This document shows positions 11,633-25,590 of a stretch of 64,000 nt of DNA, in pieces (positions within the stretch are counted from its first letter, which is position 1; every line of letters starts with the position of its first letter). The stretch spans positions 120,592,001-120,656,000 of the forward strand of contig NW_024704742.1 of the NCBI RefSeq assembly GCF_018977255.1. Direction: 5' to 3'. The position numbers and the translations under genes are program-made. Below the pieces are notes generated by a model. The model was not told the DNA's origin. It saw only the letters and a program-made list of their open reading frames with translations, and did not search any database. Source of the stretch: Callorhinchus milii (Eukaryota).

Positions 11633-14364
11633 GGTGCCTTTGCCCGCTGGTGCCCCACCGCCGGCCCTGTGGCCGCTGGAACTTGGCTGGAAACGCGAGG
11701 CGCAGGGAAGCTGTGCCGAGAGCTGACGCGGTGGGAACCACTCCCCACCGCCTCTCCACAGGGACAGGAATACCACAGGCGATCCCATTTCGGTCACGCT
11801 TTTGCTGCTGATCGATTCATCCGACGCCGCATCAAGCGACGTCCGCGGTTACCGCACACTCTCACAGCATCAAAAGCCACGTCTTCGCCCTTATTAGTTA
11901 CTGCAGCAATTTGCAGGAGAATGCGTTTGATCTGCTGGGGTGTGTTTTTATATATACACATATATATATATGCACAGTACGTGATTTCGACAGAGGTAAC
12001 TATCTGGAATCGTTATTATTTTCTTGTAAAAATGCTTGCGATCGTTTTAATCCAAGATTCTGTTTCGATGGGTGTTTTTATATTATATATATATAGAGAG
12101 AGAGTATATATGTATAGATATGCGGGGCGTTGCTTGATAACTTGACAACGATAAAGAGTTCATTTGAAGACCAGCACATTGCATTTGTCGGCATTCTCCG
12201 AAGATGTTCCCTATTTAAGAATGTAAATCGACTGCTATGAAGGTTTATCCCATGAGAATCCGCTGAGCACTGGTTTCTGAGATATGGCTCATCCTTTTCA
12301 CTGAACAACAGCAGATACACACACACACACACATAGGCGCACATTAAAACCCGCTGTTCCTGGTGATCACAGTGCTGCACATGGAAAGATATATGTCGCC
12401 AAGTAAATGGTTAGGCTTTAATCTCTTTAAACGTTAGTGCTCATCCACAGTCATGCAGGCATTTACCACTTGCAATTGTAAACTTAAGAATATTCAGCAA
12501 GATTGGATGGAGTTAGTCCGATTTAATACTGTACTTCTGCATTCAACAGGATAACTTTAACATCCACTGACTTTGGAATATGTTGGGACGACCTATAGCC
12601 ATGTTAGATGCACCGACAAATAATACCAATTTTGGGTACAAGGTATAAAAGATAACGTTATGGGTTTCTGGAGAGAAGCGAGGGTGAGGAATGTGGTGAA
12701 CAAGCAGCTGGATGGGATGAGAATTCAAGAGAAGTAAATCTTGTCTCAGGGAATGTTAGGGAGTATTTTGCAAGCGAGAGACCAGAGTTCAATTCCAGGC
12801 AGGGCGAAACCTTGGGCAAGTTTCCTTACTCCACACGCCTAATAATAATCCCTCCAAAACAAAACAATAATAAATTGGTCATTTTCAATCTACGACTGTT
12901 TGTGGGACACTGCTGTGCGCAATTGGCTGCCGCGTTCGCCCACAAATATACAGTCAATTCACTTTACAGTCTATTCTGTGAAGCGCTTTGGGACGTCCTC
13001 CCGACATGAAAAACGCTAAATCAAATGCAAGGGTTATTATTATTATTATTTATTGTGCATTAAATGCTACCTTGGTTACAATACTGGAATATTTCCTTGA
13101 TATCGGGCACTCTGGACCTAACAACCAATATTGTTTGCAATTGCAACAGAATGGACTGGTCACATATTGAAGTGTTCATATTATTTGCCTTTTTTGGTAT
13201 TGGATGGCGATTAATTTTTTTTGCGACTTTTGTTTTATTCATAGAGTGTAACAAAGCTTTCTTTAGTAACTTCTCAGTAACTTCTTCTATAGATAAGAAT
13301 CTAGAAGTGCTCTGAAGTGCAGCACTGTAACACTGTTCATTTGTTTTCACCCCAAGGTTTGGCTGCTGTGCTTTCTCTATCAGGTTCTGATCTGCTCTTT
13401 TCTGATTCACTTGTCTATGTAAGGGCATGAAACTGCTCGATTAGTCAATTTATTGATGGAAATAATGTCACAAAAAAGCATCCGATAGCCCAATGGAATC
13501 TCTAATGGTACTCTGCACACACTATTTAATTTATAATTTTTTGCTAAACCTTCTTCTGAAGGCTTTCTGGATTAGACTGCTGCTCAATGGAAGGTGTAGC
13601 AGTTACAGGGGGATAGGATGAAGGGGAGCGTTTGCAACATTGGTGCTTTTCACCTCTTTCTGGAATAAATTCTCATTGTTATGTTCTTAAGAACAGAAGG
13701 ACCTAAGGATTGCTGGACGTCCAAGCTATTGTCTTCCATCCTGGCAGTCACATGCACATGTCATGTCCCAAACTATATACTGTATGCCAAGATATTATTT
13801 CCTAAAAGGAATCTATCTAATTTGAAAGAATCAACACTTTCGTCTTCCACTGTCTCCCAAGGGAGCCTGTTCCATATATTTACTTTGCTATTATGTGTGG
13901 CATGCACTTTTGTGAGTATTGCTCGCTTCCGATAGGATCAAAAACAATAACACCGATGTTTAGTGCTAGAATTTGTAAGTACAATTTGCAAATGATTGAC
14001 TCTTAATTGCTCTGGCAGCAAGAATTATCACTGATCATTAATGCTGAGTGGATAATCAAAATTGAAAGGATAATCTGTCAGAAAGTACATGTTCCATGAA
14101 TGATTTTACTTATTAAATACATTTATTATTTCACCCACAAAATATACAGTCAGTTCACTTTACAGTGTATTCTGTGAAGCGCTTTGAGATGTCTCAAAGA
14201 TGTGATAAGGCACTATATCAATGCAAGGATTATTATTATTGATCTTACAACTGTCCACATGCAAAAAAAGTAATCTTTAACTCTGATACATCTAACTTTG
14301 TGATAAAATGTGCTTTCTACATATCTTTCTTACTATGAATAAATCAAAAGGAACACCGTGTTTA

Positions 14365-14875
14365 TAACAACAACAACAAAATTACATTCGTATAATGCCT
14401 TTCACAACAGACGAGAAATACAATACGCTATACAACAGGCATGAAACAGACAGAGTTTCAGACCCGAGCTGGAGGTCGGGGTTGGGGAGGGGAAGGGCAG
14501 GGGGGGAAGCAGGGAGATCGAAAGCACAGTTGAAAAGGAGGGTCTTGAGATAGGTCTTGAAGGAGGCAAGGGAGGGGGTGAGGCAGAGGGACTGCGGGAT
14601 GGAGTTCCGGAGGGTGGGGGCAGAGTAGCAGAAGGCCCGCCCGCCAATAGTGGGGGAGCGAGGCCGGAGCCTGCTGAGTGGAGGGAGCGAGCAGGTTGGT
14701 AGGGTTTAGGAGGTCACAGATGTGGGGGGAGCAAGACCCTGGAGGGCTTTGAAGGTGAGAACCAGGATCTTGAACTGTGTGACGGAAAGCCAGTGGAGTC
14801 AGGCGAGGATGGGGGTGATAGGGTCATGGAGAGGACCCGGGCTGCAGAGTTCTGGATGATCTGCGGCCTATGAAG
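14365..14875 (-). mobile_element. L2 3' fragment
   Basis: (CAA)n tail at left; LHWL and QIIQNSAAR motifs on the minus strand; homologous to other L2 copies in the window. Confidence 0.88.
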
Positions 14876-15109
14876 GCTATTGACAAATATTTATATGGTT
14901 CACAAAAGTATTCATTATGTTTCACAATTTTCCAATAAAACATAGTCTCAGTTTTGCAACAAAAGTGAAAAGAAATGAGAAAATAAACAAAAACGATCAT
15001 TTAACATCACTTAACCTCATTTAATATCCAATATTAAATTTCTACTTAAGAAACACTTTATTTTGCAGAAACTGCTGCAACTGATAGATCTGTAACATTA
15101 GAATACATC

Positions 15110-15420
15110 AGAATACATTAGAATATACAGCACAGAAACAGGTCATTCGGCCCAACTGGTCTATGCCAGTGTTTATGCTCCACATGAGCCTCCTCCTGCC
15201 TTTCCTCAACTAAGCCCTCAAGCATAACCTTCTATTCCTCTCTCCCTCATGTACCTATTTAACTTTCCCTTAAATACATCTATGCTATTTGCCTCAACAA
15301 CTCCTTGTGGTAGCACGTTCCACATTCCCACTACTCTCTGCGTGAAGAAATTTCTTCTAACTTCCCTATTTGATCAATTTATGACTATTTCATATTGATG
15401 GCCTCTGGTTTTGGTCTCCC
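15110..15420 (-). mobile_element. CR1 3' end (second family; related copy at about 36050-36260)
   Basis: agaatatacagcacagaaacagg...tatgctccacatgagcc tail and a remnant of the CR1 ORF2 end. Confidence 0.7.
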
Positions 15421-17114
15421 ATTCCCTTATCCTTCAATCATAATGGTTATCAAAAGTTGCACTTTTGCAGCACCTTATCAGGACAAGATGTCTTAAAACG
15501 CTGTAGAGAACATCTTAATTGATTGCCTCAGGATTCTTGTTCATTATGGGCTGTGTGATGTTTGTTGGGCCCAGGGAAATGCTTGTTGATTAAGGTGCCT
15601 GGTGAAGTGCAGACAAATTTACAAAGAAAACAAACTCCTTTTGGTCATACTTGAAACAAAAAAATCTCCCTGGAAATAGTACTTTGCATGCGTTGTTTGA
15701 CTCAAGCTGAGCAATGCATCTCTTGACAGAAAGCTTCTCCCCCCCACTTATTATGATTATAACACCATGCTCACCCATTAAGCACACCACCACAAAAACA
15801 ATTATCTCGCATCCATGTTCCTGTTGCAACTTTCTTCAGATTGCTGTTATTTTCACTCTCGTCCTATATCTTTGGTCTAAAAGCAATCACCGTTGTGAAC
15901 CTTGCCTCTCTCTGTCTAAAGTAACTGTTAAGTTGTGCATACGTCATGATATAAATGTTGCAGGGCCGCAGGTACTGATAAGGTCTTTTATGTATTGATG
16001 ACTTTTGGAATTCAATTCCATTGTGATAGGAGTATACAAATCGATTGGTGTCAATTGGTGTTGGAATAAAATGTAAGATTACTATAGGTTCAGATGAATA
16101 GGTCCCTTTGGACCATTCTTCAAAATGCTTAGGCTGCTCATTACACCACTACAAATGGTTGCATGATTGACAATCTCCTGGGCTTGACTGTCATTCTGCA
16201 AAACCTATAAAAACTAGTAGACAACAATAATAATCCTTGCATTTGATATAGCACCTTCTGCCTCAAAGTGCTTCATTGGAAATACTATGAAGCGTAGTGA
16301 CTCTGTATGTTTTCGAACATGGCAGCCAATTTGCCCCACAAACAGCCAGGAATTGAACGGCCAATTTTATTTGGAGGATTCCCGTCCACCGGGGACACCA
16401 GGAGAAAAACTCCCTTCTGGAATAAATGTAAAAACAAAAAGTAAGGATCGTTATTAAACGTGCAATGCCGGTGCGGTTGGTGAAAAGGTGGGGGTTGACA
16501 TCGACACGACCGTCACGCGTATTTTGCGTTTAATATGAAACCGTCAAAATAACTACAGGTTAAAAAAGAACATTAATAGAAGAATAAACGTTCCTGCTTG
16601 GCTGGCCCTGGGCTCCTGGTCAACGTTTAGGGGCGGATTCAGATCCAGTTGGGTGTTTTATTGTTGCACCGCGTGGGGGAGGGTGCAGGTTGCCTAATTC
16701 GTAAGCCTCTCTGCACCCCCCCACCCACCACCACCACCCCGCGCCCACCGGCACTCCTTCCCGCAGTCCCTCCAACTCGCCCCCCTTCCTCGGCTCCTTC
16801 AAGACCCGTCTGACGACCCTCCTCTTCCACCGCGCCTTTGGTCAACCTCCTTCCCCCCCCCCCCCCCTCTGCCCTCCCTTCACCCTCCTGATCCCGGCCA
16901 CCAGCTCGGATGTGGACCCCCTGACTGTGGAGCGCCATGGGGGACATCCCCTCCTGCCACACCTCACATCGGGCTATTTTGGGCTAGCGTTTGGGCGGGC
17001 TTCGGGCTACATTTTGATGCCGGGCGGGGCGCCTCGAGCGCAGGCGCGTTGCCCTCGCGACGGCCGGAGGGACGGTTGGCCGTCGCGCGAGGCGCCGAAG
17101 GGCAGCGATCCAAG

Positions 17115-17254
17115 ATGGCGACCAGGGGAGCCGACCTGCCTCCGGCGTCGTGCGAGGCGCCCCCGCCGCCGCCGCCGCTGCTGACCATCCTCCACTTCAA
17201 CGATGTCTACGAGGTCCAGTCGCGTTCGGAGGAACCCGTGGGAGGCGCGGCGAG
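17115..17254 (+). CDS. NT5EL: 5'-nucleotidase-family metallophosphoesterase (Nt5el/CG11883-like), exon 1
   Basis: AAGATGG Kozak context in a CpG island; MATRGADLPPASCEAPPPPPPLLTILHFNDVYEVQSRSEEPVGGAAR contains the first metal motif (LHFNDVY); GTGACG donor, phase 2. The symbol rests on recalled synteny (mouse Nt5el near Rgs7bp/Rnf180) and is less certain than the family call. Confidence 0.9.
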
Positions 17255-17340
17255 GTGACGATCCCACTTCTTGCGCGAATTGCCGCGTACAGGTTTCGAA
17301 AGGGAGCCATTTTTTTTCCCTGGAAATAAAAGGACCCCAA

Positions 17341-17565
17341 ATGGGGAGTGAGAGGGAGGGAAGGAGGGGAGGGAGGGAGGGGAGAGTGAGAGGGCGGGAA
17401 GGAGGGGAGGGAGGGGGGGAGTGAGAGGGCGGGAAGGAGGGGAGGGAGGGGAGGAGTGAGAGGGAGGGAAGGAGGGGAGGGAGAGAGGGAGGGGAGGAGG
17501 GAGGGAGAGAGAGAGAGGGAGGGGGGAGTGGGAGGGATGGAGGGAGAGAGGAGAGGAGGGAAGGC
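17341..17565. repeat. Polypurine (GGGA/GGA)n tract at the start of intron 1
   Basis: About 220 bp of almost pure G/A. Confidence 0.9.
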
Positions 17566-19994
17566 GCCACCTTCTCTCCCAGGGTCTGACAGGCCGCGCG
17601 GATTTCACTCCCGAGTTTAATAACTTGCCCTCCTGCACCTGGAGTCGTCGAGAAGAAAACCCATCCGGGCCATCGGTACTTAACTGCAGGCCCATAAATA
17701 ACAAATAATAATAATAATAATAATAATCCACGCAGTTAATATAGCACCTTATCACATCGTTGAGAATGTCTTGACGCGCCTCACGGAAATGATACTGTAA
17801 AGTGAATTGACTGTGTTTTGTTGGCGAAAAGCGGCAGCTCACTACGCACATCGGTGTCTCACAAACACAATTTAGGACACGATATAACTATCGTAAGGAT
17901 ACCACCTCCCGTAGATGCACTTACTTACTTGCTGGTGTCACATTAATGACCGCAAGTTACATTAATGCAGCCTCAAGGGGACCTTATGGAGGAACATAAG
18001 AATTTTGATGAGATTGAGAAAGTAAACCGAAACCGATACTTGCAGATGCACTGAGAAAACATAGCACAGGCTTCAGGTTCGCAAAAGGCAATTTCAGGTC
18101 AGACTTCAGGAAGTATTTTATTTACCTAGTAGGTAATTAATGACTGAATCAGGTCACAGGGAAGGAGAGAGAAGATTAGACTCATTTTAGACACAGTTTG
18201 ATGGTTGGATGGGTATTCTGGAAGGATGAGATCAAATTGGTTGAAGGATCTTCATCTCTTGTGACAACAAAGGATATCATAGAGGAAGCATTTCCTTAAA
18301 TCACACTGTTAGTGTGCCGAAGTGACACTTAAGAGGAAGCGATGCCCTGTAAGGGAGCTGTCGCTTTACATTTGGAATTTTTTCCCCATGCACGTGAAGA
18401 ACAATTTGTAGAGGAGTTGTTGGGAAACAACAGTTGAAACCAGATATGGTTGGAACCAAAATCATATTTACAAAATTGTCAACAACAACATGCAGCAATA
18501 CCAATACAAGCGTATGTTTGCTACCTACTACTTTTGGTACCTGCAGCACACCACATATATATAGGCCAATAGCTCCTTGTTTGCTGATGACAACTTACTT
18601 CTGAAGTAATTGGAAGATCCAACTGCAAAAAAGGTAACAAGTAAGTTAACCGCTGGGAAAATTCTATTTTTTTTCATTACAATTTACTATCAACAAAATG
18701 AGAAAAAAGTGGCATAAGACTATTTAATGTCTCAACATCTCCCGTTCAATCTTCCCTTCTTGCTTCAGCACTCCTCTGGCTGATGCTTTAATTTTTCTTT
18801 CCCAATCTGTGGCCCTGAGCACTCCCTATTTTATCTGTGTGAATGATTTATTCACTGCTTCCCTTTTCTTGCAACTTTGTTGTGTTCATTACCCTTAAAA
18901 TCAAAAATAGATGTTTAAAGTTACCTTGGATTAAAGCTATTATGTTAAATGCGTGAGAGCTCTTTATATGAACGCTGGCCACAGCCAATGTCTTCAAAAC
19001 TTGTTATTGTGTGTGGCATTCTTAGTGAAGGGCAGGACTTAGAAAAATAGAATCACTTGTTGATTCTAGGGAATATCAGGGTAAAGTCTTATGATGAGGT
19101 GGGGGGGAAGTCTTTAAGCAATAAGTAGAAACCTGGTTGTTAGTCGATTGGCGGATCAGTTTCCTGGGGTAATAATCCTTCAAATAATTTGGTCACTCAA
19201 TCTACGGCCATTTGTGGGGCACTGCTGCGCGCAATTGGTTGCCACATTTCACCTGCAAAATGTACAGTCAATTTATATTACAGTATATCCTGTAAAACGC
19301 TTTGAGATATCTCACCAATGTGATAAGGTGCTATATCAAATGCAAGAATTAGTATTATTTTAGTTTCGGTCATTCACTTAATTGGCTATCTGACATTGTT
19401 TGCAAATTGGCTGGCGCATGAGCTTACAAAATACACTTTACTGTAAAATGTTCTGTGAAATGCTTTGAAACATTTCAATTATGTAATAAGGTACTAAATA
19501 ACATGTAATAATTACTATTCATTATGTTATGGTGGATGTCGATTTGGAATAAAATTAATTAAGGTCATAATTAAATTAACAGTATGAGATATATGATCTT
19601 GATGATGAATGTAGCCTAAATATGAACAGACCCAAAACATGCAAACCATTGAAAACAGATGGGAGAAGTTTCTATTATTACTGAAATTCAACATGCAGAA
19701 TAATTATTTGAACTTTTATTAACTTTTACTTTTTTGGAATTGTATTTTTTTTAGTTTTATGGTTCTTGCTTGCAAGCTTTGATTTTTGTGTAGTTTGTTT
19801 TACTCTTCTAAACTTTGAATAGGAATAGGAAATGGACACGGTACTGTCCTCTTTTATAGGTAATAAAGGAAAATTCTTAAGTTTATTATTGCTGTTTAAT
19901 TTTGAGAATATGTTTTAAATGTAGTAAAATAATGTATTGATGGTGTGCATTGTGTTACTTTCATAAACTGAGCAAACTTTTTTTTAAAAAACAG

Positions 19995-20146
19995 ATTTGC
20001 TACAGCTTTACGACAATTTAATCAACAGGATCCCCTGATTCTTTTTAGTGGTGACTGTTTAAACCCCTCACTGTTAAGCACAACAACAAAAGGACAACAC
20101 ATGATACCAATTCTTAATGCTTTTGGAGTACAGTGTGCAGTATTTG
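19995..20146 (+). CDS. NT5EL: 5'-nucleotidase-family gene, exon 2 (absent from ORF track)
   Basis: acag acceptor; RFATALRQFNQQDPLILFSGDCLNPSLLSTTTKGQHMIPILNAFGVQCAVFG with the GD motif; GTGAGT donor; phases 2 to 1 fit the neighbouring exons. Confidence 0.92.
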
Positions 20147-21319
20147 GTGAGTAAATATTGAACAACTTATTTAACTTTATGACTCTAGTAGAAAACTAGA
20201 AGCTATTTATGAATCCCACAAGATCCACCAATGGTCTATTTTCTTACTGTATGATACCAAAAGCACCTGATAGAAATAGATCAGGCCTTGGCTGTAGATT
20301 TAGTTCAGTGGGCACAGGAAAATAATGAATTTGAGTGAGTACCGCTGCCTTCTTACCTGACTTTGGTCATGGATTCAATACTTTGTGATTAAAGAGGTCA
20401 GCATCAGAAAAATTGGGTCCAAGTAGTGGATGACAGAATCAGCATGGCACATCAATTGGTACATCTTCCCTCTGCCTAGATGTCATTTTGTTTGGATGTC
20501 ATGGATTGTTGCATGAATCCATGAGTTGGCTCTTAGCACAAGCTCACTTATCCTAAACAACTCAGCCACGTGAGCCACCAGATGGTTTGACTTCATAATT
20601 GGAAGATCCTGCTGGAACACTCTTCCTCAATCCTTGGCCACTGTCTCCTCTTTCTCAAGTCCAACCTGAAAACCTTCCTCTTTAACCATGCTTACGGCCA
20701 CCTTTCCCCCCCGCCTCGGAGTCAGGCTCCGCCACTGTTAACTGCTCTTGAGACGCCACCCTGCACGGAGGGCGCTATTTAAGTGCAAGTTGTTGTGGTT
20801 GTTGAAGTTTGGCCAAGATGTCTTACAAACTTGGGTTATCTGCAAGTCAATCATGTCACAATTGCTGAGAAACTGACAAAATTCATATTTTTTCTTAAGG
20901 AGTGTGGAAATGACTTTTCTTGGAAACTGTTTCTGTTCAAAAATTTTTCTTTTTCCTTAATTCCATGGATGGAATCTTATATTTAATTGTGCACAAATTG
21001 ATACAGTTGCTCTTCAAACCTCTTGCTTTGTGTGATCTTAAAGCTTCTCTCATGGAAATACTTCCTATTATAGCTTTGCATTCAGCAAGGAGTCTTCATG
21101 AAATGTAGCTACTTGCCTTCAATCAGCTTGATTGGATGGTAGTTCATCAAAATCCCTGTTTGTACACAACACTTTTACCAAAAGTTGGTTATTCTATCAT
21201 TTATCCACCTCCATGAAATGTCATTATTTAAATATGTAGATGTGTGGAAGCCATTAGCATTCCGTTACTGCCTCACTTATGGTTGTGCCAATGCTTTATA
21301 AAGTATTGGAGTCATAATA

Positions 21320-23450
21320 AGCTCATCATGAGGAATTTCAACACCCTAAAGGTTAAGTGGATAGATTAGTGACAACTGGGAGGAGGTTTGAAAATACATT
21401 TTCACTGAGGCAATCATTGATTGCTACTTGACACAATGTGTGAAGCAGGCAACTGGAGCAGCAGCTGTACTAGATTTAGCATTTAGTAATGCACAGGGTT
21501 GATTAATGACCTGGAAGTTCAGAAGCACCTGGGATCTAGTGGTTGTTGTATCATTATAGATTAGGTAAATCAACAACAATATTACGGTGCATGGATTTTA
21601 ATAGAGAAAATTTGGAGCTATGAGAATAATAATAATATCTGCATTTGATATCGTGCCTTATCATGTCATTAAGATGTCTCAAAGTGCTTTACAGAATATA
21701 TTGTAAATTGGATTGACTGTATTTTGTGGGTGAAACGCAGCAGCCAATTACACACAGCAATTTCCCATGAACAATCGTGGATTGAGTGACCAAATTGTTT
21801 TGGGGGAGGGATTATTATCCCTGGAAAGCAATCCGCCAATTAACTAACAATTGGTGCCTACTTACTGCTGGAATAATCTTACATATTGGATTGATACAAA
21901 AACAGTTGAGATTAGTTAATAAAAATGGCAAAGGTATGAATGCAAATGAAAGATAAATTGCATGTGATGGCAAGAAAGACCCTAAAGAGTTTTCAGGTTA
22001 TATAAATACTGTAGTAGAATGTGAGTGTTAAAGCACACAGATCTATGAGGAATCAATTAAGTAAAATTTGTATATGACTTATGCCGATTTAGTGATTGGA
22101 TTTAGCCTCTGTTTACCTAGCAGTAAGTAGGAACCCGGTTGTTAGTTAATTGTCATATCACTTTTCCAGGGGTGATAATCCCTTCAAAAAAATAAATAAT
22201 TAAAAACAATAACAATAATTTGGTCACTCAATCCATGAATGTGCAGTTGGCTGCCATGTTTCACCCACAAAATATACAGTCATTACACTTTCCAATATAA
22301 ATATAGTTGGGACGTCCTTCCGACGTGAAAGGCACTATACAAATGTAATCTTGTTGTTGTTATAACCTGTGAAGCACTTTGAGACATCTCAAAAACGTGA
22401 TAAGGTGCTATATCAAATGCAATGGATTTGATTTTTGATTTTCGTATCCTAATACAGAAAGTGTGAATAAGGAAACTAGTGTATATGAAAGTTAGTTCTA
22501 CATATGTTGTGCAAAATTCTAAAGGTTTAAATGATTACAAGACACCTAGGCCTGATGTTCAAACAATAACAACAAGGAGATTAGTGCTTCACTGGATATT
22601 ACTTTAGGAGATCAATTTGCAGTACATTAGATTAGTAATGGGAGAGCAGAAAATATTATTCCAATTTTAAAGATGGAGTAAAGTACAGATTTGGAAATTG
22701 CATTAATTAGAACATTAACAATGCTGAAGGAATAAATGGAATAATTTGAGATCATAAATGGGATGTAATCAGAGATCATCTGAAGACAATTGATGTAAGG
22801 AACAGTTGGCATGGTTTTGAAGCAATTGTTGATGTCTGACAGACTTACTGGAATTTTACGAGGCAGTAATTTAAGATAATGGATGAAGGCTATTCAACTG
22901 ATGGTTTAATTGGATTCTCAGAAGCAATTTGACAAATGTCTTCAAGTAAGGAAGGGTTAAGATTCACAGAATATATATCAGATTATTCAGATTGATTGAA
23001 AAGTAGTGCAGCAATGGGAGACAAGGATGGACTTCTGTAAGGTTATGTTCTGGGTGGCCTTTATTTTTACTCTTTAATTGTCAGTTGTTTGGCAGAGGAT
23101 GCCTATGGAAAGTATTCTAGCATTTGCTGATGGTAAAGAGTTTTTTTGGCAAAATGGCAAGTAAAAGAGAGGTTAAGATTCATAAGTGGATGAGCTGAGA
23201 TATGGTAGATAGTTTCTAATGTGGATAAATGAAAACTAATGCACATAGAAAGAGGAAATGGTAAAAAAAACAAGGATATCTACCAGGATGTTATTATTGA
23301 AACCTTGATGGCATATAATAAATGTGAAATGGTTGTCAACAGGCAAATGGATCAATTAGTGTGATGATTTGTACTATAAATCAGAATGTGAATGTTAATC
23401 GGTATATGTCAGGGTGATCCAATCTGTTGATTGCTGAAGGCCAGATATTA
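21320..23450 (+). mobile_element. Highly decayed CR1 ORF2 interrupted by SINEs
   Basis: Remnant motifs in the expected order: AVLDL (about 21470), PxPD (about 22545), LDxQKxFDK (about 22910), FAD (about 23120), NVDK (about 23220). Confidence 0.6.
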
Positions 23451-24174
23451 GATTTGAGAAACGTCTGCTGGACACATAAGCAATAATTTTGTGTTTCCCT
23501 TCCTGAATGTAACCTGTAAGAATCACATAGAAATCCTTTGGTTTAAATTGTGTAATGGTATACTTAATTTCACTATATTTTAGTTGCAATGCAAACTTTA
23601 AGCAATGTAAAAATTCATACAAATTTTAAAGCAATGTTGCACATAGTGAGAAAACAATGAGAGTGAAAGAATTAAGTGAATTAAAATGCACATAATTTAA
23701 TATCCATAAAAATTAACAAAATAATGATAATCTTAAACCGAAACAATATATGCATGAAGTTAATTTTTATTTTTTAAAATCAAAACACAAGATATCAACT
23801 CAGTTATGGGAGGGGTGAGAGGAGTTGAATGGGAGAGAGGAAAGAAGAGCCAATTTTTAGCTAGTCATTCGTGGATTCTGCTTTTATAATAATCCTTGGT
23901 TTTGATATCATTTTATTATGACATTAAGATGTCCCAAAGCACTTCATAGGGTTTTACTGTGAAATGTAGTTAATGAGCTGAACAACCTAATTTTTGCTCT
24001 TAGCAAAGCCATTAACAAACAATGTCTGAATAATTAATTTCATTCATCACTGCTACCGTCTTGCAGTGAGGAAGCCTTTTGGCTCAGTGATGGACCCTTG
24101 TACAAGGTTTACTGCTGCCTCTTGAGCACCTTTTAATTGTATGTTTCTGTTGATCGGCTGCAGTTCTTATACCT

Positions 24175-24378
24175 TAATAATAATAATTCTTGCATTTGAT
24201 ATAGCGCTTTTCACGTCTTCTAGACGTCCCAAAGCGCTTCACAGAATATACTGTAAAGTGAATTGACTGCATATTTGTGGGCGAACGCGGCAGCCAATTG
24301 CGCACAGCACTGTCCCACAAACAGTCGTGGATTGAAAATGACCAATTTATTATTGTTTTTTTTTTGGAGGGATTATTA
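24175..24378 (-). mobile_element. 5'-truncated SINE; similar fragments at 14130-14240, 16225-16380, 17700-17880, 25660-25860, 41190-41380, 53885-53985, 56570-56715
   Basis: Shared 3' segment ...GCGCAATTGGCTGCC...CACAAATATACAGTCAATTCACTTTACAGT...TCAAATGCAAGGATTATT. Confidence 0.88.
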
Positions 24379-25006
24379 TGCAGTTCTCATACCTTCATCA
24401 AACAGTATTGCTCGGACTTGACAGCATGGATGATGTTGCCTTTGTTATGTCAGTTTTGACAGCTGAGGTCTTATAGACCCACAAGAAGCAAAGTTCTCAT
24501 ATTAAATGTCACCACTTTAGAGGATATCTTTGAAACACCCCTCGTCATCCTATCATTTACCCAGGTTTTTGGAATTGTGAGAATACATCTTTATTGTTTA
24601 AGGATAAAGTGAACTAACTTTTTAGATGTAATCTTTTGACAGTCCCTATTATGTGGAGATACTCAAGGGATCATTCACATGATTTTTATTTCTGACGTTT
24701 TGATTCTTAGCAGGACCTTAACCCAACAAATTGTTTTTTAAAAATACCGTATAAAGGTAAGTAATCTCTCCTGTAGAGCTTATTTTCTTCTGTAAATATT
24801 TAAAAGTACATTTTCAACTGAATTATGTGGATGGTCTATTGAATATCCAGCAGTATTCCCTATTCACTTTGCATGTGTCTTGATTTCCCATTGCTTGCAA
24901 ACTTTGATATTAATGTAAAGATTACGGTATTTATTTCGGTGTTATTGATAGAAATACTGTGTTGATATACTTTCGAAAATTTCAGAGACAATTTTTTCAA
25001 TTACAG

Positions 25007-25590
25007 GAAATCATGAATTTGACTTTGGAGTCGATCTGCTGGAAGAATCTGCATCGCAGATGAATTTCCCCTGGTTGCTCAGCAATGTATTTGACTTATT
25101 TACTTTGCGGCCATTAGGACATGGTTTGGAGAACAGGATAATTGAATGGAATGGTGTAAAAGTAGGCCTAATAGGCTTAGTGGAAGAAGAATGGCTTGAT
25201 ACCCTACCAACTGTTGATAAGTCAAATGTGAATTACATTGATTATGTTCGTGTTGCTGACCAACTTTCCAAAGAACTTCGAGTCAAAGGAGCAGAACTTG
25301 TGATTGCTTTGACGCACATGAAATGGAGTAATGATATAAGACTTGCAAAGCATTCCCAGGGTTTGGATTTGGTGCTTGGAGGTCACGATCATGACTATGG
25401 CATCAAAGAGGTTAATGGAATTCTTATTGTGAAAAGTGGATCAGATTTTAGAACTCTAACTAAAATTGACATTGCAAGAACTCCCGTAAACAGTTTCAAA
25501 TACACAACACAGAAGATAGTTATTACAAAAGATTTGGAAGAAGATGATTTTGTGAAAAGCATTGTCGAAGAGTTTACCTTCAATCTTGAG
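25007..25590 (+). CDS. NT5EL: 5'-nucleotidase-family gene, exon 3
   Basis: ttacag acceptor; GNHEFDFG...MNFPWLLSNV...LTHM...GGHDH...FTFNLE; GTACGT donor; 584 bp. Confidence 0.95.

Larger units (their letters stand above)
9200..12000 (-). promoter_or_regulatory. CpG/GC-rich promoter and 5' region of RGS7BP
   Basis: CpG-rich blocks at 9780-10030 and 11100-11900 around exon 1, with GA-rich and (GGT/GAT)n tracts. Confidence 0.6.
16440..17660 (+). promoter_or_regulatory. CpG-island promoter of the 5'-nucleotidase gene
   Basis: Dense CpG and high GC against an AT-rich background; GGGGCGG box near 16630; CAAGATGGCG (YY1-type motif) overlaps the start codon at 17111-17120. Confidence 0.75.

Noticed and set aside
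12350..12370. RE1/NRSE-like motif upstream of neuronal RGS7BP
   Set aside because: Several mismatches at core positions of the consensus.
17007..17851. Pro/Ser/Leu-rich minus-strand ORFs
   Set aside because: They are the antisense reading of the polypurine tract and the GC-rich exon 1.
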